A DNA stretch of 63,861 nt, the filler included, from Licmophora abbreviata (Eukaryota), in NCBI GenBank assembly GCA_900291995.1. It is 16 parts of 16 records of this genome, joined end to end, with 100 filler letters (N's around TTAATTAATTAA, not from the genome) between each part and the next. Parts side by side here need not be neighbours in the genome. Positions count along the whole stretch, not along the records: positions 27,803 to 40,233 come from OLMU01001591.1; positions 40,334 to 43,765 come from OLMU01001592.1; positions 43,866 to 45,201 come from OLMU01001594.1; positions 45,302 to 48,037 come from OLMU01001595.1; 12 more parts are not named here. The stretch is one strand, 5' to 3'. Within the stretch, counting starts at the first letter, position 1, and the number at the start of each line of letters is the position of its first letter. The notes beneath the pieces are model-generated. The model was given only the letters and a program-made list of their open reading frames with translations. It did not search any database and was not told the DNA's origin. The position numbers and the translations under genes were made by a program. Of the stretch, positions 34,207 through 45,440 are shown piece by piece.

Positions 34207-35592
34207 ATGATGAGTCGTTTCTTTGTAGGTCTCTTGGTCTGTGCGGTGGCATGTATCTCGCTGTCGTACCGGAGAAGTGCGACTACGGCGCGAGATTCGC
34301 GGACGCGTCTTTTGGAAGTGTCATCGGATACGAGCCCTCTTGAGGGTCGATCTTTGATTGCGCAGGACGCCGCTGCGACTCAAGAGGGCGGCAATCAGAT
34401 TGAAGGTTATCGACCGCATGATAGGGAGTTGTTGGGCGGAAACAAGCTAAGAGTGGCAACGTTCGGCTCAGCCGTAACTTGGGGACTCGGGGTGCCAAAT
34501 CGTTACTTTTCGTATCCATACTTGCTTAGTTCTACCGCCGACAACTTCGCGTTCTTCTCGGCTGGTCCTAACTATCCAGCAGTGTGCACGCAGACCATGG
34601 TAGGAGATGATGCTATCTACGATGTCATCGTTTTGGAGTATCGCATGCGCGCGACGCAAGGTCTGTTGGAGCTTGCGGAACGTCTTCGAGCTCGGTTCCC
34701 GCAAGCACAAATCTTTTTCTTACTTCTCGAAACTACAAGGGACATTCGGCGCAGAGAAGTAGACAGTACAACAAACCAGCTCAGGATAGAGACCCTTGAC
34801 CAGTGGCATCAGAGACTTAATCCCAATCTGCCCTGGAAGCTCCTCAAAAATGAACTTCATGAAGACACAGCGGGCGATTGGATGTATCCGCCCCGCCCCA
34901 ATATCGACAACGTTATCTACAATGTCACCGAAAAAGTCAATGGAGAGATTATCCGATTTCCCATAGATCCGACCCACCAGAAGGGATTCCTAGTGCACCA
35001 TTGGGAATTTTACAACGAGCACCATCAATTGACGCTGGAAGGACATGCATGGCTGGCTGGCGAGATTCTAAATCGTACACAAACGGTGGATGGAGATGCC
35101 AGCTCGGCCGTGGAGGGAGTGTGGAATGAGAATGACAGTTGTCACTTGTGGTTCACTACTGGTGATTGCAACTTTGAATACGAATCGAGTGCACTTGAAA
35201 TGGTGGAATACGACACGTACCGAGGAAAGTACGCACTCGAAGTCCATGGTGTGGGATGGATCAAACCGATAAACCCACATGATGTGGAGCGAGAGTTGTT
35301 CTTAAGCTTCTTGGCTACGGCCACAGGTGTCTATCCTGAGACAAAGATCTCCTGGGTAAGCTCGGACGGACGTACCAATGGGACGACGATAGATCCCGTC
35401 ACCACACACGATTCGCATGGTGCACACGTGGTTCGGACCGTGTCGCTTGGAATGATGAGTTCTGGGATAACGACGGTGTGGTTCGAGCCTATTGAGACCG
35501 GTGCAAAACTTCCATTTCGTCTGGTAGGAGCAAGCTTTGTCGGGTCCGTTCCACCGATGGAATACGACTTTGCGCCCGTCTTCAACGCGTAA
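34207..35592 (+). CDS. Secretory-pathway protein, possibly SGNH/GDSL-like
   Basis: N-terminal signal/anchor, VATFGSAVTWG, YDVIVLEY and HQLTLEGH. Confidence 0.6.
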   Translation: MMSRFFVGLLVCAVACISLSYRRSATTARDSRTRLLEVSSDTSPLEGRSLIAQDAAATQEGGNQIEGYRPHDRELLGGNKLRVATFGSAVTWGLGVPNRYFSYPYLLSSTADNFAFFSAGPNYPAVCTQTMVGDDAIYDVIVLEYRMRATQGLLELAERLRARFPQAQIFFLLLETTRDIRRREVDSTTNQLRIETLDQWHQRLNPNLPWKLLKNELHEDTAGDWMYPPRPNIDNVIYNVTEKVNGEIIRFPIDPTHQKGFLVHHWEFYNEHHQLTLEGHAWLAGEILNRTQTVDGDASSAVEGVWNENDSCHLWFTTGDCNFEYESSALEMVEYDTYRGKYALEVHGVGWIKPINPHDVERELFLSFLATATGVYPETKISWVSSDGRTNGTTIDPVTTHDSHGAHVVRTVSLGMMSSGITTVWFEPIETGAKLPFRLVGASFVGSVPPMEYDFAPVFNA

Positions 35593-35724
35593 CATGACAT
35601 CGTTTCAAACAGTGTAACGTATATATTGCATTTTGATAAGAGTAAGGGAAGTCGCTTCTCTTATAGAAGTACTAGCAACAATTTGAAACTATCGAGAGCA
35701 TGCTATACATCGAAGGTAATCTTC

Positions 35725-38700
35725 CTAGAAGTCGACAGGCGGAGGCGGTGGGATCAAATCTTCATTCTCGCTGTCCGACTCCTCATCGTCGAAGTCGATG
35801 TGCCTGCTACGATCCCGCTCGCGTAACCTGCGTACCAGATCAGCTGCGCTTTGGGACGCAACAGCCTCCCCGGGTTCCTTATTCAGTCCTCGCGTGTTGG
35901 GAGAGCTCTGGAGCTTTGAAGGGGATGCAGCGTGGCCAGGAGGCTTCGCGTAAGCGATCATGGCGGCTCTGTTGCCAGCGAGAGTATCGTCTGCGGCATC
36001 ATCCCAATCGAGGTCACTCATGTCGTCAACAATCATCGAGGCATTGTCACTCAAGCTCAAAATGTCGTCGTTCGAGGGAGGGGCAACTGATGGCAATCGC
36101 CGTTGGATGCTATTTCTACGAATATTCGGTGCTGCTTCCTCGGTTGCATCGCGCCCTACCTTCGGTTTGCGTGTCCAGAGTATTTTGCTCCTAATGATCG
36201 GCTTGAGGCAGTTACGGAGGACACATTTGTTCTTCAGGTATCCCTCACCGCCTAACTCAGGCATATCCATGCACGGAATACATCGACCACAGTTTTTGGT
36301 GAGACAACAACCCAGACAGTCCCCACAATCAATGTATTTCGTGTTCCGCTTCCTTTTTGTCTTCGTCTTGCTGATCGAGTTCACCTCACGTAGACGAGAA
36401 CCGCCGCTATCATTATCGCTCTCCCAATTATCAGTAGATGAGCTCTTCACGGTGTGAACCGCCGAGTTTCGATTAGGCTTCTTGGATGCATTCCGCTTCT
36501 TGAAAACTGTCGCTGTCTTCTTGTCGTCCTTAGACCTACGCGTGCCTGGTCTCAGTAGAGAGGCATGCCCTTTTTTGACTTTCTTCTTCATTACGACCCG
36601 CTCTGCTTCTAACATACCCATTCCAGACCCAATCTGTCTCCGGCTCTTGCTGCTAGAGCTAACAGGCCTTTTCTTTTTGGAGGGTGGCTCTGACTCCATC
36701 ACATCTGTTACGATATGTTTCTCTTCACATTTTTCGGGAACCGTCGAAGTCGATACACGGATCTTGCCCGACGAGGAACTATCTGTGAATTTCCGTTTGC
36801 GCTTCGAAGTCTTTGCTCCATCCATCTTCTTCTTCGTCATAGGCTGCTCGAAGCTCTCAATGTGCTTGGGCTTGTTCTTTGATCCTTTCGGCCTGCCTAC
36901 TTTCTTCTTCACTGATTGCTCTTCGCCTATCGATTTTGCTGACTCCGTGTTGGCGCTCTCCTTACTGTTCCGACAGCTAGCCATACCAGAAGTATTGCTA
37001 TCTGCTTTTCCCACGATGCGTTCGGAAATATCGTCTTTGAAGGGCATGGAGAAGCTGCCATCGATGTTCTGCCGCAGACGCTTAATCTTCTCCGGCTTCT
37101 TCGCTTGTAGCTGTACCTTTTGTTTCTTGCTCTGGTGCTTCTCCTTCGTGGTTTTCGGTCGGCAGCGCCTTTTCTTGGTGGAAGCCTCATCGATGTCCGC
37201 TGAGTCACATGCTCGCATATACCCATCGCCTTTCTTCGCCGTCTGTTCGCGATGTGTCGCTCTTGGTGCAACTGCTGCCGCCTCTTTCTTGGTGATTTTA
37301 CGTTTGTTTTTCGAGCCTTTAGGTCTACCTAGCTTCTTTTTCATAGCAGGGGGAGCTGTACGGTTGTTGCTGCCCTCCTCCTCAAATGAATCGCAGCCTG
37401 GCAACACTTCGAATCGTGAAACGTCTTCCTCTAGCTTGTCGTCAACATTAGAGGCCGACAGTACAGCGGGTTTCTTTGTTCGCTTTTTTGAGCCGGCATC
37501 AGAAGATGCATTTTCTGTTCGCTTTTTATTTTTCGAGCCCTTTGGTCGTCCCAGCTTCTTTTTGGACAACTCGCTTAGTGACTTTGCCGGTTCACCATAT
37601 CTCGAGCCATCGTTTTCCAGTTTCTGTATCTCTGACGCCGGCCGATTCGGTGCTGTCGCATTCTTGCGATCAGCTGGCAGCTTCGCCGAAACGCCCTTGC
37701 CGCCGATGGACTTTGCGAGGGCGCCACCAATTAAGGAGACATCGTCTCCGTTATAGGCAGGTGAGTGGCTCTGACCGGCAACCCTTTTAACCGTACGATG
37801 TCCTGGCGTCTTCTGTGCTTCCTCATTTGGAACAGCCGAGGTTTCCGCACCGATCATCAGCCCCGCTTGCTTATTTGAGGGAGGTTTCCGCCGTAATGAA
37901 GCAGGAATAATCCGTCGCCTTCGTTTCTTTCGTCGCTTCTTGGCACCGTCTGTCGATGGGGGGACAACAGTAGATACAGAGTTTGCCGCGAGAGACGCCG
38001 AGAATTCAATATCTTGTTGTGGAGTCAGCTTTTTCTTCATGTTCGAGGACGCCGGAGCAGTTTCGTCGCCACGGTCATCATCAGGTGGCTTGACTACATC
38101 GAGATTCTCACGGAGCAGTGGCGTTGAGGAGTGCCTTTTGGCGTTCCGTCCTATTGTAGGTGATGACGCCAGCTCTACCGCCTTGGATAGCAAGCTGTCT
38201 TGCCTGGCGGGTGTCAGAGACTTTGCTTTCTTCACTGGCTTTTTTGAGGACGCTGCCGCCGAAGCAGTCTTAACTCTGTTGGTCACAACTGGCTTAGCCT
38301 GACTGTCGACATTTTGCAGCTCCAACGGTTGTTGTGAACTTCTGGGCGGCGATGATGGTGTCACCAACATTGCACTATCATGATCGTCATCATCGACGAT
38401 GGCAGCATTCGTGTCCTCGTCGAGTTGATGTTTTTCTCGTGGCACCTCATCGATCTCTTTGTTTTTCTTTTCACGTCGCTCTTTTCTAGTCCCTTCCTCG
38501 AGCGCATCGTATAGCCCACCATTGTAAAAATCAGTCGGAATTGGCTTGCGTGATGATCGCCGTGGAGGCGACTTTGCCGGTTTGGGCAATCGACTTTGAG
38601 ACTGGAGCTGACCTGGAGACAACAACGGCGCCTCTTCCACAACTTCGACTCTTTTTCCTTTCATTTCCTGTGCAGATCGTCGACATGGGTCGGCGGGGTC

Positions 38701-38781
38701 AAACCAGTGTATCGCTTTGCGACGTGTTCGGCGACTGTGGGAATCTTTCGGTGCCGTCGCGGTAGATGATACAGTTGCCAT
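35725..38781 (-). CDS. Large basic nuclear protein with three AT-hooks and a CXXC zinc finger
   Basis: Three KK(L/V)GRPKGSKNK motifs and CGDCLGC..NCGRCIPCMDMPELGG...KCVLRNC. Confidence 0.85.
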   Translation of the reverse strand: MATVSSTATAPKDSHSRRTRRKAIHWFDPADPCRRSAQEMKGKRVEVVEEAPLLSPGQLQSQSRLPKPAKSPPRRSSRKPIPTDFYNGGLYDALEEGTRKERREKKNKEIDEVPREKHQLDEDTNAAIVDDDDHDSAMLVTPSSPPRSSQQPLELQNVDSQAKPVVTNRVKTASAAASSKKPVKKAKSLTPARQDSLLSKAVELASSPTIGRNAKRHSSTPLLRENLDVVKPPDDDRGDETAPASSNMKKKLTPQQDIEFSASLAANSVSTVVPPSTDGAKKRRKKRRRRIIPASLRRKPPSNKQAGLMIGAETSAVPNEEAQKTPGHRTVKRVAGQSHSPAYNGDDVSLIGGALAKSIGGKGVSAKLPADRKNATAPNRPASEIQKLENDGSRYGEPAKSLSELSKKKLGRPKGSKNKKRTENASSDAGSKKRTKKPAVLSASNVDDKLEEDVSRFEVLPGCDSFEEEGSNNRTAPPAMKKKLGRPKGSKNKRKITKKEAAAVAPRATHREQTAKKGDGYMRACDSADIDEASTKKRRCRPKTTKEKHQSKKQKVQLQAKKPEKIKRLRQNIDGSFSMPFKDDISERIVGKADSNTSGMASCRNSKESANTESAKSIGEEQSVKKKVGRPKGSKNKPKHIESFEQPMTKKKMDGAKTSKRKRKFTDSSSSGKIRVSTSTVPEKCEEKHIVTDVMESEPPSKKKRPVSSSSKSRRQIGSGMGMLEAERVVMKKKVKKGHASLLRPGTRRSKDDKKTATVFKKRNASKKPNRNSAVHTVKSSSTDNWESDNDSGGSRLREVNSISKTKTKRKRNTKYIDCGDCLGCCLTKNCGRCIPCMDMPELGGEGYLKNKCVLRNCLKPIIRSKILWTRKPKVGRDATEEAAPNIRRNSIQRRLPSVAPPSNDDILSLSDNASMIVDDMSDLDWDDAADDTLAGNRAAMIAYAKPPGHAASPSKLQSSPNTRGLNKEPGEAVASQSAADLVRRLRERDRSRHIDFDDEESDSENEDLIPPPPPVDF

Positions 38782-39003
38782 GGTCGATTTTTGATTTTTG
38801 TGTGTATCCCAAAATCAATCGCGCGCGGTCACGGTGTGATGGCCGCGCACGCGGGTCTCACGCGGGTTTCGATTTTTTCTGTAATCTTTTCTATCTATTT
38901 TCCCTCCACGCTCGTCTTCACGGTACACTATCACGCAACATTGTCGCCACGCTATCGAACAGAACGAAGATTTACTTTATCTCTGAAACACATTGGAGTC
39001 ACC

Positions 39004-41467
39004 ATGAGCTTTCCTCTGAACCAGGGCTATGCCACCGAACTTTCAGAGCTTGTCTCCGGCACACACGGCAGAGAGCGGCGGCAAGAGCGCGATATTCAAA
39101 AGATTGACCTTCAACGTGCTCGTCGCTATGGAATGGAGGAACACCAGAAGAATGGGCGCACCAAGTACACGTACGGAGGTGTCGTCTTTATTTACGATGC
39201 TAGATACAATCGAGAAGTCACATCGTTCCCGTCGTCAGATCCTGCCTCGTCGAATTCTGGAACCAAGTGCTCGCAGCCCGTCCAGCTCTCCAAAATGCAA
39301 GAGTTCGAAGATGACGACTTGATTGAAGTTCATGACATCATGAGAAAGCGGATCTTCCCCAAGAAATCATCTTGGAGAAGCCACACCGTGCTGGTTGTCG
39401 ACATGTCTGGCTCGATGCGCCGCGATGACGTGAATGGAGCTCGATGCCGGTCGGATGGAGTGTGGATGGCACTGGCTCGGGATTATGTCAAGAAACAGCT
39501 CGAGGAGAGAACTGCGAGCCTGCATGACTTGATTAGCGTTGTCATTATGAAGGAAGAAGCCGAAACGCCCCTCACTGTGGAGCCCGTCGATTGGGTCCTC
39601 TACAACAAACTGGTGGACATGCGAGAATGGACCACATGTCGACCAAGCGGTGGAGGAAACTACATGCCTGCTCTTGAAGCTGCCGAAAGCTTGCTGGCCT
39701 TGAACTCTCTCAGTTCCTGTGCGCTTTCCCTCATGTTCTTCTCTGATGGAAAACCCTCCGATCGAGGAAACTTTGCCGAGCGCATGGGCAACATCGCTGC
39801 CAACTACGGCCGTCGACTCACTGTCTGCTGCATCGGCATGGCCGACGACAGCGAGAATTTCTCGACGCTTCATGACATGGTGACCGAGGCGGAAGCCTAT
39901 GGAGCTATCAGCTCCTTCAACAAACCATCCCTGCATGCTGACTCGCTCTCAAACATCATCACAAGCCTGGCTACGTCACTGACTGGATCCAAGACGGAAA
40001 TGACGGACGCCCAAACTGGAAAGTCCAAGACGGTCCGTACCGACGTGAAGCGCGAGCGGAAAGGGACTCCCGACGACCAGATGTTGACGTCCGACTGGGT
40101 TGCCTACCGAAATAGTGATGACTGCCATTACGTGAGGCGCGTGTGGAGCTGGGGCTACGAGAAGAATGATTTCTTATATTTGCTCGATCGTCGGTGCATT
40201 TACTGCTACACGACAGTTGGACGGGCTGCTGGANNNNNNNNNNNNNNNNNNNNNNNNNNNNNNNNNNNNNNNNNNNNTTAATTAATTAANNNNNNNNNNN
40301 NNNNNNNNNNNNNNNNNNNNNNNNNNNNNNNNNGGGTACACATGCTCCAACTGTCATGCCTGCAGCGTCTGCGTAGATTGCTATGCTAATGGTTATTTCA
40401 AGAAACATTTCAAGCAAAAGGAGTGCTACAATTGGCTAAAGGACTTCCGCACTGGTAAACTGATTGACAAGGCGATTACGTCGTTTGCGGTGGCCATGAA
40501 GAATCCAATCTTTGACGAAGGTGCCGAACGTGTGGTACACCGGTTTCGTTTCATGGATGACGACGACAAATTCGTTGGACCAAAGATGGTGGCCAAACAG
40601 TCTCGTTTTGTGGAGCTCGGGGGATCCTATGAGGACCGAATGAATTATCATCGTGAGTTCATGAGAACACAATCATTGGCATCCCGCTTCGCCAATCATT
40701 TCAACGCAGAGATTGATAACTTGGTGCATCACTTTGATCCACAACACCGTCCATGGATTCGGAATATGCCGCGAATCAAATTTCTGGAACCTCTGGTGGT
40801 CGAGGTAGTGAAGGAAGATGGAACGGAGTTGAACATTCTGATTGAAGAACAACTAGAGGGAAAGTACGAAAAGTTCAACAACAACATGGGATATGTCAAA
40901 GGACGCCGTCCAACTGACAATGATATGGCTGACCTACTTGGCTCCTTCAATCAGCTTGGTCTCAACTTGGATACATGCGGAGCTGGTGGCGGTGGGCTGG
41001 GTGCCATCGAAGAGGGAAGCGAAGAAGAAGAAGAAGAAGAGAGCGAAGATGCAGGCGTCGTATTCGATACGAAGGTCTCTGAACCAGATCCTGGAAATTA
41101 TCGTGATGTGAGCCCGGAACACTTCCCTCAAGCGTTCAGTCACTATACGTATGAAAAGAGCAAGAAAAAACTCATGGTTGTGGACCTGCAAGGAGTCTTT
41201 AGTACAAATCCAAGCGGTACTTCTTGTTACACATTGACAGACCCCGTTGTTCACAAGCGGGCGTCAGGTGGGAAAAGGCAGTCGAAGCAACTGCAGACAT
41301 GGACATTTGGTAGAACCGACAGAGGCGAGAAGGGAATGAAAGCATTCTTCAAGACCCACAAGTGTTCCGATGTTTGCCGGCTACTCGGTATAGAACAAGA
41401 TGCAGCAGATAGAAGACCTCCTCTCTCAAGAAACTCTCGTTCAAACAGTTCGCGAAAGAACTTCTAG
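39004..41467 (+). CDS. Alpha-kinase (eEF2K/MHCK family) with vWA domain, Cys-rich Zn finger and small N-terminal domain; spans a gap
   Basis: MIDAS VVDMSGSM and FFSDG. Kinase motifs EGAER, VAK, KFNNN, QAFSHYTY, VVDLQG, LTDP, GRTDRG and HKCSDVC. Confidence 0.9.
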
Positions 41468-41574
41468 CCTTTTGGTTCTTTCGATGTGTCGTGCAACGCA
41501 CCTATCGGCGTCACATTCTATTCTAAAATCAAAAGACGTGTCCCCTCTGTAAGATTATTAGTAAGGCAATCATG

Positions 41575-42924
41575 TTACCTGCCCCTCGCTGTTACGTCTC
41601 GCACGGAGCTTGAAATAGCAATGGCGGCAGTCGATATTCGCTCCATCTCGTCAGGTTTCTGATAATGACAAATTGCCGATTCCCCGCAGCAGGTTACGTT
41701 CCCCCCGCAAACTGGATTGGCCTTTTGCTCTTCCATAAAGTCGAGCTTCTGTAGCCTGGCGTGTCGGTAGTCATCATAGTACAGTGTGTTGACAGCATGA
41801 ATGGATACCTCGTAGTAGGTCACAAAGTATGCAACGGTCCAGTCGCTATGAAGACAATACCCCAACTTCCAGTCAGCGTAATCAGCAAACATTTGAAAGT
41901 TGGTATATGCTTCCATGAGATCCAGAACGCTCATCCCTTCCCGGAAGACCTGCTTCTCGCCAATATTGTCCTCTTCCAGTCGATCGCATGCCACCCGTTC
42001 CATTTCGCTCCGAGTACTATTGTCGCCCGTTCTGCAATGAATCGGTTTCATCATGTTCTTTAGAGCACCACGTGAAAATATGGTTCCAAACCCACCGTAG
42101 GCAAAAAAGAAGCGTTCCTTTACCGGAGGCAGTCGTGTAATACGTAGCATCGATACTTCTCCCCCGTAAACAATCGGTATTTCAGGATCTTTGTCTTTCA
42201 TGTTGGTTTCAAAGATATCAAGATTGAAGTAGCTATCATCGTCCATGATTATGAGATAATCTGGGTACGCTTGTCCCGACTCATACTCCTGCATAGCCTT
42301 GAGAAACCCATAGATGGGGCGTTTCTGAGCGCACAGCCATGCCGCTGGATACGGGTGATCTGACAAGGCAACTGGACTTCGATAGTAATTCGCCATCTTT
42401 GATAGCAAATAAGGGGACGACTGACGATTTCGATGGCGAAAGCAATGACCGGAAGGTCCTTCCCACTTGTTGTCCTCGCCCAGAAAGGCCGTACAGTTCG
42501 GCTCCGTGTCATCCTCTTCGGTGATTTTGTAGAAGTGACGTACCGACGGGTGTCGCCCAAAGGTCCGCTCTTGAGTTGTGAGATATTCGGGTCGAGCTTG
42601 AGAGCCAATCCCTATGAGATCCACCACGAGGGATGATGTAATTGTGGACGAGATCTGTTCAGTAGAGGCAGCAGAAGGTGTCTCGTCCAGCGGTTCTCGG
42701 GGCACACTTGTCGTCGACGTCATCTCTCGATTGGAAATTGGAGCTGGTGCCTCCACTGGAAGAGGCTTTGCCATCACCACGCCTCTCACGCCAATAGGAG
42801 CAACCGATCCCGATTCAGGAGGGATCATAGAAGTATTCTCCCAAGCGGACCGCTGCATCTCTCGGACCGTCAGAATAATAATCGCCAGTGAAAAGATGAT
42901 GTCTCGACTACGACGTGTGGTCAT
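41575..42924 (-). CDS. Type II membrane glycosyltransferase, Fringe/GT31-like
   Basis: N-terminal anchor, S/T/P stem, WLCAQKR, DYLIIMDDDSY, YGGFGTIFSRGAL and HSDW. Confidence 0.75.
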   Translation of the reverse strand: MTTRRSRDIIFSLAIIILTVREMQRSAWENTSMIPPESGSVAPIGVRGVVMAKPLPVEAPAPISNREMTSTTSVPREPLDETPSAASTEQISSTITSSLVVDLIGIGSQARPEYLTTQERTFGRHPSVRHFYKITEEDDTEPNCTAFLGEDNKWEGPSGHCFRHRNRQSSPYLLSKMANYYRSPVALSDHPYPAAWLCAQKRPIYGFLKAMQEYESGQAYPDYLIIMDDDSYFNLDIFETNMKDKDPEIPIVYGGEVSMLRITRLPPVKERFFFAYGGFGTIFSRGALKNMMKPIHCRTGDNSTRSEMERVACDRLEEDNIGEKQVFREGMSVLDLMEAYTNFQMFADYADWKLGYCLHSDWTVAYFVTYYEVSIHAVNTLYYDDYRHARLQKLDFMEEQKANPVCGGNVTCCGESAICHYQKPDEMERISTAAIAISSSVRDVTARGR

Positions 42925-43865
42925 TGTGCCTGTGATTTGATGTACTGGGCTTGTTCGTTCTGAAAATTTTAACTTTGGAAAGTCAATGATGTATATGATT
43001 GACCAACGCCTCTCACTTCGTAAACGAGCACGTAAGGACTATAAACAGGAAGTCTTGGGTCAAACAATGGTGAACATGGTCGAGAATGAGGGACTGTGAC
43101 CGCGATCACATCATCATCGTCACTGAAACCTTCTTGAATTCGTGACTAACGTGACTTTTCTGGACAATCCTGCGGAGGGTCGGGATCATCTTTTGGACTC
43201 CGGGTGCCTCTAACGTGATTGTTCAATATCATGGAGCTCGCACTGCATGATGGCTATTGGGCGGATGGGACCATGGTAGACTACATATCATACCACGCAA
43301 CGGCACCGTCATTGCCATCCATCTAAGCAATACGTCGGCATTCGATGATTGGTTGTCTAGATGATGCCCGCGACAACGCGGCTGCTGGGCTCTCTGCTCA
43401 GCGAACACATCGCTCGGCATCGAATGGGTTACGCGATACCGACTCACGAACAGATAATCCCCTCTCTAATACTCCCTACCTACACGTCGATCTTAATAAC
43501 CTTCTCCCAACGAGAGGAGACCTTCGCTGAGACCATGCACCGACAAGAAGCTACGGGCAAGATGTGGCCCTCGTCATTCTCGAAACAAGCTTTTGCTGGT
43601 ACGTTGCCGCGTGCCAGTTCACAGTGGGGATTACAGCACAGAAACGTCGCATCTCTTTGACGCTGCGCTCGACGAGTATATCGGTAGATCATGACTGGCT
43701 TTGCAATCACATTCCATGACACAAGACGTTTCTTCCCTTGCAACTCAAAAATGTCCAGATCATAGNNNNNNNNNNNNNNNNNNNNNNNNNNNNNNNNNNN
43801 NNNNNNNNNTTAATTAATTAANNNNNNNNNNNNNNNNNNNNNNNNNNNNNNNNNNNNNNNNNNNN

Positions 43866-44798
43866 TAGAATAGGAGCAGCATCAGGATCCAGAGCAGAAG
43901 CCTGAGTGATATTTGGCTCGCTATTAGTCTGACTGGTACCGCTTGCTGCAGCCTCTGGGGACCGAACTATGTCACTCAATTCATGAAACAACTTCTTTGG
44001 TTGCATAGGAGATAGAAAAGGCGTGGTGGCCCCCGAACTCGAGGAAGAAGACAGCTCAATAGGAGCATCGACGACTAGACGCTCATTGGGATTGCTCTTG
44101 AGCGGACCTTTCTGGGTCATTGCTTCATCTTCAGAACTTCTGTCGTCATCAAAGGACTTCATGCTTGCAGGCGGCATTCGCGCCACCGAATCTTGTGCCG
44201 TAGTGTCTTCGGTCGGTAACCTCTCGACCGCTGCGGTCGATCTATCGAGCGAGACGTCTTCCGTCAAATCAATGACACCGGGGATACTCCAGTCTTGTGT
44301 CTTTTGAGGTTTTGGCTTCGAGGGAAAGTCTCCCAGCTTGGTCTGTTTGGACGGAGACCTGGTCGACGACACGTTAGCCTTCGCTGTCTTGGAATGGGCA
44401 GCCTTTGGGGGCATCTTCTTAATCGGTAGATCCTGGGGCCTTGGATTCAGCAGAACGACAGAACTATCATCATCGTCGTCGATCAAGTCAATAGCATTGG
44501 GGGGTGATTTTCGTTTTGTTTCCGGCGCGGCTGACACCAGTGTGACTAATTCTTTTCGATTCACCTTACTCTCGGGCAATATATTAAGGTCATTTTCTTC
44601 ATCATCAGAAGAAGTCAAGTACTGATCAATGGTAATAAGCGTTCGCTTCTTTCGTCGTCTATGGCTGCCGCCGCTGCGAAAATGCAACGTTGTATTTTTC
44701 GGGCTTTGCGGTGAAGCTCGTCCCTCCCGATGACTTCTCTTTCTTGGAATAATCTTGACAGCACATGAATCTGCCGCCGATTTGGCTGACTTAGACAT
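43866..44798 (-). CDS. Disordered protein N-terminus with tandem SUMO-interacting-like motifs; truncated by a gap (possible C-terminus at 43480-43765)
   Basis: AIDLIDDDDDS, VIDLTED, PIELSSSSS and a basic RRRKKR NLS-like motif. Confidence 0.6.
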
Positions 44799-45440
44799 GA
44801 AAGCCGGTGATCAAGATTAACGAAAGAATGCGTCGTCACGGAGAGCAAAAGGCTGCTCTGAATGCCATGGTCATGATGGAGTGATGAGTTGAAAGAGTCG
44901 AAAGAGTTGAAAGTGACTCGAAAGCAATTGTTTGGAATTTGGAACCGCCGGCGGCTCGAATTCGGAGGTTGAAGTTGGTTTGCAGTCGAAGTGGTCGATC
45001 CTTTTCGTCGGTCTTTCTCCGCCACACACACATTCGCCAAAATTGAAGACTTGATGCTCTTGCGGGCGTCCCCCAAAAGGTTAGTCGAAGGTCCCCACTA
45101 TGAATGCGGTCACTGCGGTCTTTCGTACTTATCTTGCCATTGTCTCTAGCCCCCTAGACCCGAAAAACTCGAAACTTGTTTGATGAATGAATTGATTGGT
45201 TNNNNNNNNNNNNNNNNNNNNNNNNNNNNNNNNNNNNNNNNNNNNTTAATTAATTAANNNNNNNNNNNNNNNNNNNNNNNNNNNNNNNNNNNNNNNNNNN
45301 NAACTCGAAACTTGTTTGATGAATGAATTGATTGGTTAATTTCTGGATCCATCTCTATACTCACAATTTCGGCATGACTCGATAACACGAGACGACGGTG
45401 TTCCTCTCACGGTACCAGCAGCGCACGCCGCGGTTCGAAC

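Noticed and set aside
36482..37756. 424-aa Phe/Leu/Ser-rich ORF on the + strand
   Set aside because: Antisense shadow of the Lys/Arg-rich AT-hook/CXXC gene. The same applies to ORFs such as 7791-8495 and 19065-19805.
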